From NCBI GenBank assembly GCA_965240325.2, contig OZ251222.1, positions 682,001 to 746,000 on the forward strand: DNA of 64,000 nucleotides, written 5' to 3'. Below, piece after piece: positions 35,734 through 46,618 of this stretch. Position numbers and translations under genes: made by a program. Each line of letters opens with the position of its first letter. Position 1 is the first letter of the stretch. The notes below the pieces were generated by a model. It was not told the origin of the DNA, did not search any database, and saw only the letters and a list, made by a program, of their open reading frames with translations. Origin of the DNA: Rebecca billardiae RCC1528. Its lineage: Eukaryota; Protista; Haptophyta.

Positions 35734-36173
35734 CAGGGCTCCAAGACGGTACACCGGACACCGGTAAATACCGTACCGGTGCGTACCGGTGCGTACCGGT
35801 ATGCACCGCCACAAACTGCCGCGCACCGGTGAGAGTCCGGGAGGGGTCGTGTGCGCCCGGACCACAGCACCCGCGAGTACGGACTGACGCGGAGCTGTCA
35901 CTTGTCAGTGTTCGAGGTCGGAGTCACTGATGCTGGCACTCCGTCACAGTCAGGGAAGGCCACCGGTAGACGCCGCCGATTTCCGTCCATGATAATTGGG
36001 CTGTTTCTATCAGTAAATAGGCCAAACAATTTTCGTCGCCTCGGGCCGGCGGGGCCCCGGGGGGGACACCCCCCCGGACCCCCCCGCGGTGCGCGCACCG
36101 GTGTACCGGTACACCGGCGCCTGCGGCGCCGGTGCACCGGTACGCGTACCGAGCACCGGATCTTTGAGCCCTG
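35734..36173. mobile_element. hAT-type MITE (440 bp)
   Basis: Termini CAGGGCTC...GAGCCCTG, 8-bp TSD CATCGGGC (35726-35733 and 36174-36181) and many subterminal ACCGGT motifs. The empty site CCCATCGGGCAAAG is present in sister units. Confidence 0.92.
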
Positions 36174-39100
36174 CATCGGGCAAAGGTCTGAAAGTATCAT
36201 GCGGGGCGCGGGCACCACCGCATTGCGGGCACCACCGCATTGACAAGGTCACTTGACACCTCGGAGCCCCGCTCGCCTGGCAGTCGTGCCGGGCCGCCGG
36301 CTGCGTTGACCGGCTGTGAGGCGGGCTTGGAAGAGTGCTGCAAAGTGTTGTTCGGCCCCGCGCGACCGTGCGCTCGAGGTCGGCGCGTTGTCATAGATCA
36401 TGCAGCTGGCAAGGCCAACGCCGGTCAAAGCACGCGGTTGGCAAGAGCCACCCGCGAGCCCTGCACGTGCTCGAGCTGCGGCGTCATCGTCATCTCATGC
36501 TGAGCTGTCATCGTCCCTGTCTTGCCGGCAGCCGAAGGGCGAGCTCGAGCGGCGGCGCGCGGCCGGATCCGAGGCGAACGTCAGCGGATGCGCAGCGAGA
36601 CGGTTCGATGCCAGCACGTGCTCGAGCTGCGGCGTCGTCATCTCATGCAGCTGCCATCGTCCCTGTCACTTGCCGACAGCCGAAGGGCGAGCACGACGGC
36701 GGCGCGCGGCCCGCATCCGAGGCGAACATCAGCGGATGTGCAGCGAGACGGTTCGATGCCAGCTGGACGCTCATGGAGCAGTGCATGTCCCTGCAGAGCT
36801 GGCCGTGCTCTGCGGCGGGCCGGCCGCCGCCGACCGCGCGGGACGACGACACGCCGCAGCGCTGGGACGAGTGCTGGCCGGACCATCCGAACGCCCGCGG
36901 CCGCGTCGCGCGAGCGAACGCTCGTCGACTTCGACGGCCTCCCTGTGCCCGCCGGCTCGACCGCCCCGACAACGCCGACGTCGCGAGCGCACCGTCACCC
37001 AAAGGTTGAGCGCGCGGGGCGCAAGGCACGCCCGCCATCGCTTTGCGCTCGTCGCGCCCAGCCACAGTCCGGACACGGACAGTCCGGGGAGCGCGGCAGA
37101 TGTCGATCTGGCAGATGTCGATCTGGTGCTTAGTCCCGAAAAAGTCTGAAAGATGCAGATTGCGGCAGATTTTTGGCCGTCCCAGACTTCGAGTCCGGGC
37201 GCACACTTTGGCCCGAGCGAGCGAGTCGCGCTTAGTAGACTGCAGACTAGGCTGTTCTGCCCCGCTCGTCCCGGGCGGGCGCGGCCGGCCCATCGGACAA
37301 AGGATCATGCGGGCACCACAGCATTCGGGACAAGGAGGCAACTCGGAGCCCCCGCTCGTGAGTCGTGGCAGTCGTGCCGGGCCGGCTGCGTTGTCACGAC
37401 TGTGAGGCGGCTTGTAAGAGTGCTGCATAGTGTTGTTCAGCCCCGCGCGACCGTGCGCTCGAGGTCGGCGCGTTGTCATACAGGTAATGCAGCTGGCAAG
37501 GCCAACGCCGGTCATAGCACGCGGTTGGCAAGCCACCCGCGCGCCCTGCACGTGCTCGAGCTGCGGCATCATCGTCATCTCCGGCTGAGCTGCCATCGTC
37601 CCTGTCTAGTGCCGACAGCCGAAGGGCGAGCTCGAGCGGCGGCGCGCGGCCGCATCCGAGGCGAACGTCAGCGGATGTGCAGCGAGACGGTCCGATGCCA
37701 GCTGGACGATCATGGAGCAGTGCCTGTCCGTGCAGAGCTGGCCTTCGGCTCTGCGGCGGGCCGGCCGCTGCCCGGACGGACCGCGCACGACACGCCGCAG
37801 CGCTGGGACGAGTGCTGGCTGGACCATCCGAACGCCCGCGCTCGCGTCGCGCGAGCGTTAGCGAACGCTCGTCGACTTTGACGGCCTCCCTTTGCCCGCC
37901 GGCTCGACCGCCCCGACAACGCCGACGTCGCGAGCACACCATCACCCAAAGGCCGAGGCGAAGGCACGCCCGCCTCAACAGCAAGGCGGCGCTTTTCGTC
38001 GCGCCCAACGATGAAGGGCGAGCTCGAGCGGCGGCGCGCGGCCGCATCCGAGGCGAACATCAGCGGACGTGCAGCAAGACGGTTCGATGCCAGCTGGACG
38101 ATCATGGAGCAGCTGGACGATCATGGAGCAGAGCCGGCCGCTGCCGACGCGGACTGCACGACACGCCGCAGCGCTGGGACGAGTGCTGGCTGGACCATCC
38201 GAACGCCCGTGGCCGCGTCGCGCGAGCGAACGCTCGTCGACATCGACGGCCTCCCTGTGCCAGCCGGCTCGACCGCCCCGACAACGCCGACGTCGCGAGC
38301 GCACCACCCAAAGGCCGAGTGCGCCAGGCGGAAGTCGCGCCCGCCTTCGCTTTTCGTCGCGCCCGACCGGAGACCCGCGCGAAAGTCCGGAGCGCGCGGC
38401 CCGGTGTTTGATTCCTTGCGGCGCCCGAGCGCGGCAGATGTCGATCTGGTGCTTAGTCCCGAAAAAGTCTGAAATTCCTCCGTCCCAGACCGCGCACTTT
38501 TGCCCGAGCGAGCGAGTCGCGCTTTAGTAGAGTGCAGACTAGGCTGTTCTGCCCCGCTCGTCCCGGGCGGGCGCGGCCGGCCCATCGGGCAAAGCCGATC
38601 ATGCGGGCACCACCGCGCATTGACAAGGGCAGCAACTCGGAGCCCCGCCCGTGGCAGTCACATGTCTGTCAGTGTCACTAAACTGTCTGAGTCATCACTC
38701 GACCCGGGCTCCGCGTCCCGGAGTCGCCGGGCGGCCTGCGTTCCGGGTCACGGCCGTGAGGCGCGCAGCTCGGAAGAGTGCTGCTAAAAGTGTTGTTCGG
38801 CCCCACTCGTCCCGGGTGGGGGCGCCAGGACCTTCGGGCAAAGGATGGCATGCGCCATGCGGGCACCACCCGCATTGACAAGCACACCTTGGAGCCCCGC
38901 TCGCCACCGGCTGTGAGGCGGCTTGGAAGAGTGCTGCAAAGTGTTGTTCGGCCCCGCGCGACCGTGCGCTCGAGGTCGGCGCGTTGTCATAGATAATGCA
39001 GCTGGCAAGGCCAACGCCGGTCATAGCACGCGGTGGGCAAGCCACCCGCGCGCCCTGCACGTGCTCGAGCTGCGGCGTCATCGTCATCTCATGCTGAGCT

Positions 39101-39787
39101 GCCATCGTCCCTGTCTTGCCGGCAGCCGAAGGGCGAGCTCGAGCGGCGGCGCGCGGCCGCATCCGAGGCGAACGTCAGCGGATGTGCAGCGAGACGGTAC
39201 GATGCCAGCACGTGCTCGAGCTGCGGCGTCGTCATCTCATGCAGCTGCCATCGTCCCGCTGTCTTGCCGGCAGCCGAAGGGCGAGCACGACGGCGGCGCG
39301 CGGCCCGCATCCGAGGCGAACGTCAGCGGATGTGCAGCGAGATGGTCCGATGCCAGCTGGACGCTCATGGAGCAGTGCATGTCCCTGCAGAGCTGGCCGT
39401 GCTCTGCGGCGGGCCGGCCGCTGCCGACGCCGACGCACGACGACACGCCGCGGCGCTGGGACGAGTGCTGGCTGGACCATCCGAACGCCCGCGGCCGCGT
39501 CGCGCGAGCGAACGCTCGTCGACTTCAACGGCCTCCCTGTGCCCGCCGGCTCGACCGCCCCGACAACGCCGACGTCGCGAGCACGCCATCACCCAAAGGT
39601 TGAGCGCGCGGGGCGCAAGGCACGCCCGCCATCGCTTTTCGCTCGTCGCGCCCAACCACACAGTCCGGACACGGACAGTCCGGGGAGCGCGGCAGATGTC
39701 GATCTGGTGCTTAGTCCCGAAAAAGTCTGAAATTCCTCCGTCCCAGACCGCGCTTTTTTGCGCGAGCGAGCGAGTCGCGCTTTAGTA

Positions 39788-40381
39788 CAGGTGGATACGG
39801 GCTAACTGGACACAGGGGCTATCTGGACACTCAGCGGGCGGCGGGCCTCGTGGCGAGGGCTCGTGGGCGAACGAGCACGAGCGCCCACTGGCGGGTCGCC
39901 ACGACGGCGCACGATGTTCGCTGAACTCACCTGGTCGTGAGACGTCGTCTGCGCACGCGCCAGGTCGCGCTTCTCGCCGCCTTCGCCTTGTTTCGTGAGT
40001 CCCGCGCACAAGGGCGAACGCCAGCGTTTCAAGCCGCAAGGCGCGTGCGCGGACTCAGGAAGGGCGGACTCCGAGGCAAGGCGCGGTTGCGCTGGCGTGG
40101 GTAGGTCCAAGAGCAACCGTCCGAGCCGCTGCACACGCTTTTCCTCCGCGCGCGCGTCTCTGAGCTCGATTCCCATGCCTCAGCCAGTGCCAGGGGCTAA
40201 TTGGACAGTGCCATTGCGGCCGCCACGCGCGGAGACGGGCCCGCAGCGCAGAAAGCGCGCTGCGGCGGAACTCCGGGGACCCCCTGAAGTCCGTCCCTGG
40301 CGCCCCTTCGACCCCAATGCTCCCAGGGAGGCTTCCGCGTGAGTTGGGTCGGCCACTGTCCAGATCACCCGTATCCACCTG
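39788..40381. mobile_element. Tc1/mariner-type MITE (594 bp)
   Basis: TIRs CAGGTGGATACGGG....CTGGACA at both ends and a TA TSD. The empty site TTTAG-TA-GAGTGCAGAC is at about 38523-38539. Confidence 0.92.
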
Positions 40382-40779
40382 TAGAGTGCAGACAGTTCTT
40401 GATGAGCGTTCGGTTCATCGGCAAACGCCAACGGCCTGTTCCTTTGTTGAATGTTGAGTAATCTATCATACTGACCTGGTTGGAAGGCGCGGACGCATTT
40501 CTATGTGTCTGCTGCACTCTGAGCCTGACGCTTGCCCGTTGCATACCACGTCGTTATATATATATATATTGCAACAAAAAGAACAATCGCAAAAACGCTT
40601 CGTGGAGCTTCTCTGCTTCTTTGAGCGACGAAAATAATACTCATCGATTCTTCTATAGATAGATTACTCACCGGGAGAACCCTCTTTCACTCATGAAGGA
40701 GCTGGCTTAAATGCCGTGGCTTGCGTGACCGCCGTCGCACTCCCACACATAGAGGAAGCCCCCGCGGCCCGCGCTTGAC

Positions 40780-42057
40780 ATGTTTCCAGCAATGGACGCA
40801 CACCCCGCAGCAATGACGCGGCCATCGAAGCCCCAACGCGCAGACGAAGCACTGGCGGCCTACTTCGAGGCTTTCCGCGACCCGCTCATCTGCGAGATGG
40901 CAGCAGTCGCGCGCGCGCTCAAGGACGACCGGCTGCCCGGCGTGCGCCACAACCGGCAGCTCCTCACGCACGTGCACGCCTGGCTCAGGGGCAAGCCGAC
41001 GGAGTTCGCGCGGCACGGGCCGCGCAAGGTGACGTTCCTTCAGGCCAGTGTCTACGCGGAGGCGTCGGAGCTCGCGAGCTGCGCCGAGTACGTCGACAAC
41101 GTGTGCTACAGCCTGCGCTGCGACATGCTCGAAGACGAGAGCTGCCCGCTCACGTTCGAGGGCTCGCACCTGCGGCCGAATCGCGTCAGCTACGTCACGG
41201 CCGTCGTCGAGCTGGACAACACGACAGACTCGCTCAATGCCCGCGACGCGGGGCCGATGTACGCCGAGGACTCGCGCACGCGCCTCGACGCGCACCTCGA
41301 GCAGCGTGCCGAGGTGCTCCTCGCGCACGCCAAGCTGTTCCGGCTGGCTCGTCGCGCGGTCGACGCCGAGCTGGCGAGCGCGAGGCGGGCGCTGTGGTGC
41401 GAGCTGCAGGAGCACCTGGCTGCGAGGCAGGTCGCCGAGGGCGAGCGCGATCTCAGCGCCGTGCACGTCGACACGGGCGTCGAGCGCGAGTACTTCTGCG
41501 GCTGGCTCGCCAACCGCGATTTCGACGATTCGGACCGGCTGCACCGGACGGCACTCGCACGCGCGGACGTCGTGCGAGGCGTCGTGCAACGCGCAAGGCT
41601 CGACCACGAGAAGTACGACCCGCACCTGGTCACGCTGCTGACGAAGAACGTGCTGACGGGCATCTACGTCGGCGACGACTTTGACAGCCGCGCGTCCGGT
41701 GTGTGCGCTGGCGGCTCGGCCATGCACGTGGGCGGCATGCCACTCGAGGATGCAACCAACGCGTACGAGCAGGGCATTTTCGGGCCCGCGGGGTGCCCTC
41801 CCACCGTGATTTACTGCTACGTGCAGCCCGCGATCGTGCTTCCGCCCATTCGGATCGAGCACACCCTCGCCGACGCACGCTTTTGCCCCGCATGCGAGCA
41901 GCTTGCCGCCGATCTGCGGCAGGGCAGCGCATCCGACGCCATGCGCGCGTACGAGCGCAGCCACGCGTCGGCCGCTGGCCACTACTGCGCCTGCCCGACG
42001 TTAACCGTCCGCAGTCCTTGCGGCGTCAGCATGGTCTTTGCCATCGTCTACTTGTGA
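40780..42057 (+). CDS. Hypothetical protein (about 420 aa)
   Basis: Long ORF with globular composition, strong GC3 bias and AT-richer flanks. No family recognised. Confidence 0.75.
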   Translation: MFPAMDAHPAAMTRPSKPQRADEALAAYFEAFRDPLICEMAAVARALKDDRLPGVRHNRQLLTHVHAWLRGKPTEFARHGPRKVTFLQASVYAEASELASCAEYVDNVCYSLRCDMLEDESCPLTFEGSHLRPNRVSYVTAVVELDNTTDSLNARDAGPMYAEDSRTRLDAHLEQRAEVLLAHAKLFRLARRAVDAELASARRALWCELQEHLAARQVAEGERDLSAVHVDTGVEREYFCGWLANRDFDDSDRLHRTALARADVVRGVVQRARLDHEKYDPHLVTLLTKNVLTGIYVGDDFDSRASGVCAGGSAMHVGGMPLEDATNAYEQGIFGPAGCPPTVIYCYVQPAIVLPPIRIEHTLADARFCPACEQLAADLRQGSASDAMRAYERSHASAAGHYCACPTLTVRSPCGVSMVFAIVYL

Positions 42058-42752
42058 ATCAGACGGCAGAGGTCGCGCTCCATGCTGCGGACTGAGCGCG
42101 CTCGTGGTGCGCCGTCCTTCCGCCTTGGGAGTTGGGACGGCACGGCCACGCCGGCCGGTGCCCGCGAGGCCCGGTGATGCCGGGCTGCGCCGTCGGCCGT
42201 GGTCGGTCGCGTCGAGACAGACGAGAATCGATCTGTCCTGAGGGAGGCGCTGGCCGCACTCTGAGCACTAACTGCTATAGTCGCGTCACGTCACTCTCCG
42301 AGTGCCGAAGCCGCCTTGGCCCGGATTATATGAATTATAATTATAATATTGATATGAGTCTCATCGGGCCACCTTATTTAGTTATTATTCATTAATATTC
42401 TGACATTATTTATTATATTATAATAATCAACAATGTCGCGCGCGCGCGGGTTAGTAATTATAAGAATATAAGACATTTTATATAAGTCGGGTTACTACTT
42501 ACGTACTGACGTGATTACAATAATTGACTACCTACGCGGCTTACTGTCAGTTGACGAGGTTCTGCTGCATTATTCTGATTCAGTCATCATCATCATGATC
42601 AGTGTCAGTGTCAGTGGCACTGGCAAGTGGCAGTGCATGTCGACGACGACATGTCACATTGATTGACACTGTGACCGACCCCGCGGGGGCAGTCTAAGTC
42701 TTACGACCTGGCGGCCCAGTGACATTTCGGCAGCGCCATGAAGTTCGCGCCT

Positions 42753-43607
42753 TCAGCGGCTTGTACCGGTGGGACGGCGGGCGAGCTTGCTTCGCTGCTC
42801 CTGGGCGGCGAACGCGTCCTGCACCAAGCGGTACGTGATCATACCCAGCCCGTTCCCGACAAAGACGCGCATGAGCCCCGCGCCCATGCCGCGGTACAGG
42901 CCGCCCACCCCATTCTCCTTGTAGATGGAGCGGATGTGGCCGGCCACGCCCATCTTCTCGCCGCGGCCGGACTGAATCTGCGTCTTGGCCGCGTCGAGGG
43001 GGAAGCACAACGCCCATGACCCCACCGCGCAGATGCCCCCCGCCGCGAAGTAGTTGAGCATCACCGGCAGGTGCGAGCGCCACTTCTCACTCGCCTCAAT
43101 CAGTACCCAGTACACGCCGATGATCGCCGCGTTGCGCAAGCACGTGGAGTACAGCCCGTCGAAGAGGGCGGCAAACTTCCAGGTCGTCTGCAGCTGCTGC
43201 CGCGTCTTGATCAGCTCGGCGGGTGTCTCGAGGAAGCCGCGCATCACGCCGCCCACCGCGCCGGCGATGAACGCCTGCATCGGCGGCACCGCGTCGAGCA
43301 CGTGGTTCGTCCGCAGCGCGGAGCTGACGCCTTCGTAGCCGACGAACGAGACGGCGCGGAACATCACCGATGCCGCCGTCGCCACGCCCACGCCGTTGTA
43401 CAGGGCAAGCGGCCCGCCCTTCAGCGGGTGGTCGCCGACCTGCAGGCGCGCCTTGATCGTGTCGAACGGCTGCGACACGGCCGCGACAGTCAGCCCGTAC
43501 ACGGCGCCGCCGACAAGCCCGCGAAGGACCGGGCGAGGCTCGGGTGGGACGACCTGATTCGAGTCCATCGCGGCGAGCGCGGAGGCGAGCGCCGCGATGT
43601 GCACCAT
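42753..43607 (-). CDS. Mitochondrial carrier family (SLC25) protein
   Basis: Three Px[DE]xx[KR] signatures (PFDTIKAR, PAELIKTR, PLDAAKTQ) plus 'LYNG', 'LFDG' and 'GLYRG'. Confidence 0.93.
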   Translation of the reverse strand: MVHIAALASALAAMDSNQVVPPEPRPVLRGLVGGAVYGLTVAAVSQPFDTIKARLQVGDHPLKGGPLALYNGVGVATAASVMFRAVSFVGYEGVSSALRTNHVLDAVPPMQAFIAGAVGGVMRGFLETPAELIKTRQQLQTTWKFAALFDGLYSTCLRNAAIIGVYWVLIEASEKWRSHLPVMLNYFAAGGICAVGSWALCFPLDAAKTQIQSGRGEKMGVAGHIRSIYKENGVGGLYRGMGAGLMRVFVGNGLGMITYRLVQDAFAAQEQRSKLARRPTGTSR

Positions 43608-43903
43608 CTCGGCCCACGCGCGCGCCTCGGCCGCGGCTGATCGATCGTCAACTGTCGAGCTCGCCGATCGTCGTCGGCGCGCGGCTCCGGTTTCCGTTTG
43701 GTACGCAAGGCGACGAATCTCGAAACTCGCGCGAGCAAATTGAAAATGGTTCGCTGCTGAATTTCCCTGACAGCCCGGTCCCACTCCCTCACTATGCAGA
43801 GTGGTGCCGCGGGCGGCGAGCGGCGCTGGGCATTCGACAGTAGCTAGGCGAAGGCTGTAAGCGACCTTGCGAAGCAGACTGTAGTCGCGGGAGTGACTGA
43901 CAA

Positions 43904-46423
43904 TCATCTCACGCGAGGGGGCGGCCCTCCGGCGCGAATCGCGGCCGCCGTGATCCGCGAGCGCGCAGCCGGCGGTGATCGCGACGCAGCCTGCGGCGCA
44001 TCGCGCAGCGCCGGCTGCTCATCTCGCGACTCGCTCAGCGGATCCGCGGCCGTTTGGGCGTCGAGCGGCGGCGGCAGCGCGGCCCGGTCGCCACGCAGCA
44101 CCTCCGCCACCGAGCGCGCGCTCGCGCCGATCTCGCGCAGATCTGCCGCGAGCGTGAGCTCGTCCTCGAGCTCCGCAAGCGTCGAGTTGGCGCTCCGGCT
44201 CAGCTGCGCGATGCGGCTGCGGCTTGCGGCCTCCGCGCCCCCCGTGCGGACGCGGCTGGTGCTGAGGCGGCCGCCGGGCGCGGCGTTGCGCTCGGTCAGC
44301 GCGCGCGCGTCCAGAGAGCTGCCGGCTTCGCCGCCGCGAGCACCGCCGCCGCCCGCCGCCCCGTCCGGCACTGCACTGCCCTTGGTGGCGGCAGCAGCGG
44401 TCGCGCCTGCCGCCGTGTCTGCCGCGGTGCCGGCTGCGTGGTGCTTGCGTCCGCCGCCGAGCGGCCGAGAGGCGGCGGCGCCGGCATCAGCGCCGTCGGC
44501 AGAAGCGGTCGTGGGCGGCACGACCTCGCCGTCCGCGTCGAGCCCATTCACCCTCGCGCTCTGCACATGCCGCCCGTCCGCCCTCGCGCCGACGCCGGGC
44601 GCGCCCTCGCCCCTGGCGGCGGCGGCGGCGCCGCCGGCGCCTGCGGAGGCCGCGCGGGGCGAGCCTTGGCCGCCCGCAGGGCCAAAGGCGGACCAGTCGC
44701 CCGTCGCGACGGCGAGGGCGGCGCGCGTGGTCTGCTCTCGCAGCGCGGCGCGAAGCACGTCGGCTTCCGCCGCGAGCGCGTCCAGCGCGGCGCGCTGCGA
44801 CTCCACCTCGGCGCGCAGCGCGCTCGCCTCTGCTGCAGTCTGAGCAGAGTGCGCGCGCGCCGCGTCAGTGTCGGCCTGGACTGCGGCCATGGCTGCCGCC
44901 TGCTCCTGCGCGCGCTCCGCCGCGTGCGTGCGCTCGAGCTCGGCGCGGCGGCGGCTCTCGGCGGTCGCCTCCTTCTGCTGCCGCAGCTCGTCGCGCAGCG
45001 CCTCGCGCTGCTGCGTCGCCGCCTCGAGCGCCGCCTCGCGCGCGGCGAGCGTCGCGCGCGCGTCCGCCGCGTCCGCGCGCGCCGCGCGCGCCTGCTGCTC
45101 CGCCAGTTCCGCCCGGCGCGCGAGCCCGTCGCGCTCAGCGGCGGCCTCGGCGGCGTCGCGCTTGGCGGCGGCGGCCGAGGCGGCGGCCACGCGCGCGTCG
45201 GCCTGCGCGTCGTCGCGCTCGGCCGCTGCCGCCGCGAGCGCGCCCTGCAGCACCTCGAGCTCGCGTCGCAGCCGCGCGGTTGCGCCGTCGCTGGCGGCGC
45301 GCGCCGCTGTCGCTTCCGCGGCCGCCTCGGCCGCCGTCGCGTCCGCGGCGCGCGCGGCTTCCTCCGCGTGCTCCGCGCGCAGCCGCGCGGACTCGAGCGT
45401 CGCCGTGTACGCGCGCTCCGCACTCGCCGCGTCCGCGTCCGCGCGCGCGAGCGCGGAGCCCGCGCCCGCCAGCTCGGCGTCTGCATCGGAGAGTGCGCGC
45501 GCCAGCGCCCCGCCCTCAGAAAGTGCCGCGGCCGTCGCCGAGGCAAGCGCCCGCTCGAGCTCGGCGACGCGCGCCTGCGCGCCTGCGCGCTCGGCGTCGG
45601 CGGCGGCGAGCGCCGCGCCGCTCGTCGCGCTGCGCTCGCGCTCCGCCTGCAGCTCGACCGTCGCCGCCTCCCTCGCCCCCTCCGCCGCGCGCAGCTCGGA
45701 CCGCTGCGCAGAGCACTGCTCCTCCGCGCGCAGCTGCGCGGCGCGCGCGGACTCGGCGGCGCGCGCTGTGCTCGCGAGCTCGTCGTGCAGCTGGGCGCGC
45801 GCGCGCTCGGCGTGCTCGGCGCGAGCGCTCGCATCCGACGCCGCCTTCTCCGCCGTGCGCCGAGCGGTCTCGGCGACGGCGAGCTCGCGGCGCACGCTCA
45901 CGAGCGCCTCCCGCTCGGCGGCGAGGTCGGCCGCGAGCCGGGCTTGGGTCGCGTGCGCGCTGGTCTCCGAGTGCACCACGCCGGACGCGCGCACCTCGTC
46001 GAGCTCGGCCTGCCGGCGGAGCGCGTCCGCGGACGCCGAGCCCGAGGAGGAGGCCGACAGCCACTGCTCGCGCCGCTCGGCGAGACTCTGCACCGGCGGC
46101 CGAACGGCTGCAGGCTCATCCCCCGCCGCAGTCAGGGCGAGCGCCTGCAGCGGATCGAGCGCGGCGCCCGCGCGCGCATCCGCAGGCACACCAAGCGCGC
46201 GCAGCGGATCCGCCGCCACCCCGCCCTCGTCTGACTCGTCGGCGCGCTCACGCAGCGCGCTCAGCTCCGCGTCGCGCGCGGCACGCTGCCGATCGGCCCA
46301 CTCACGCTGCTGCTCGAGCGTGCCCGAGGCGTCCACGTCGAGCAGGTCGTGGCAGTGCTCACACTGGCAGATCACCTTGTACTTGCCCGTCGCCGGGCAG
46401 CGCCGCGAGTCGATCTGGCTCAT
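43904..46423 (-). CDS. Long coiled-coil protein with N-terminal Cys/His motif
   Basis: Likely start is MSQIDSRRCPATGKYKVICQCEHCH at 46423, followed by Ala/Glu/Arg heptads. The upstream part of the 1691-aa ORF is the antisense shadow of the next gene. Confidence 0.75.
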   Translation of the reverse strand: MSQIDSRRCPATGKYKVICQCEHCHDLLDVDASGTLEQQREWADRQRAARDAELSALRERADESDEGGVAADPLRALGVPADARAGAALDPLQALALTAAGDEPAAVRPPVQSLAERREQWLSASSSGSASADALRRQAELDEVRASGVVHSETSAHATQARLAADLAAEREALVSVRRELAVAETARRTAEKAASDASARAEHAERARAQLHDELASTARAAESARAAQLRAEEQCSAQRSELRAAEGAREAATVELQAERERSATSGAALAAADAERAGAQARVAELERALASATAAALSEGGALARALSDADAELAGAGSALARADADAASAERAYTATLESARLRAEHAEEAARAADATAAEAAAEATAARAASDGATARLRRELEVLQGALAAAAAERDDAQADARVAAASAAAAKRDAAEAAAERDGLARRAELAEQQARAARADAADARATLAAREAALEAATQQREALRDELRQQKEATAESRRRAELERTHAAERAQEQAAAMAAVQADTDAARAHSAQTAAEASALRAEVESQRAALDALAAEADVLRAALREQTTRAALAVATGDWSAFGPAGGQGSPRAASAGAGGAAAAARGEGAPGVGARADGRHVQSARVNGLDADGEVVPPTTASADGADAGAAASRPLGGGRKHHAAGTAADTAAGATAAAATKGSAVPDGAAGGGGARGGEAGSSLDARALTERNAAPGGRLSTSRVRTGGAEAASRSRIAQLSRSANSTLAELEDELTLAADLREIGASARSVAEVLRGDRAALPPPLDAQTAADPLSESRDEQPALRDAPQAASRSPPAARSRITAAAIRAGGPPPRVR

Positions 46424-46618
46424 CAGCCGGCTCGGGCACGCGCGCGCCGTGCGCTCCGGTGCTGGCCTCGCGCACGGGGAGCTCGCCGGCCAACGGCTCA
46501 GGCTCACGCTCGGCACCTCCCCCACCTGGCCAGTCGCCAGCCCGAGCGGCACGGCTTGGCGCGTTTTCCAATATTCAAACGGTGGGGGCCAGCAGACATC
46601 GCTTCGCGCTCGCCAGCG

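Larger units (their letters stand above)
32353..40392 (-). mobile_element. Head-to-tail array of four non-autonomous Helitron-like units (about 1.1-1.3 kb each, excluding nested insertions)
   Basis: Unit borders fall at 32353/34614, 35682, 37247 and 38539, ending at 40392. On the minus strand each unit begins TCTGCA(C/G)T.. and ends with a hairpin CCCGCCCG-GGA-CGAGCGGG, 10 nt, then CTAG. The repeat array is certain; the Helitron assignment is inferred from the termini. Confidence 0.72.

Noticed and set aside
34614-39787. Repeated 200-250-aa ORFs, or an rRNA/snRNA/tRNA array, in the tandem units
   Set aside because: Frames are not conserved between units and I recognised no structural RNA motif. 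Captured gene fragments cannot be excluded.
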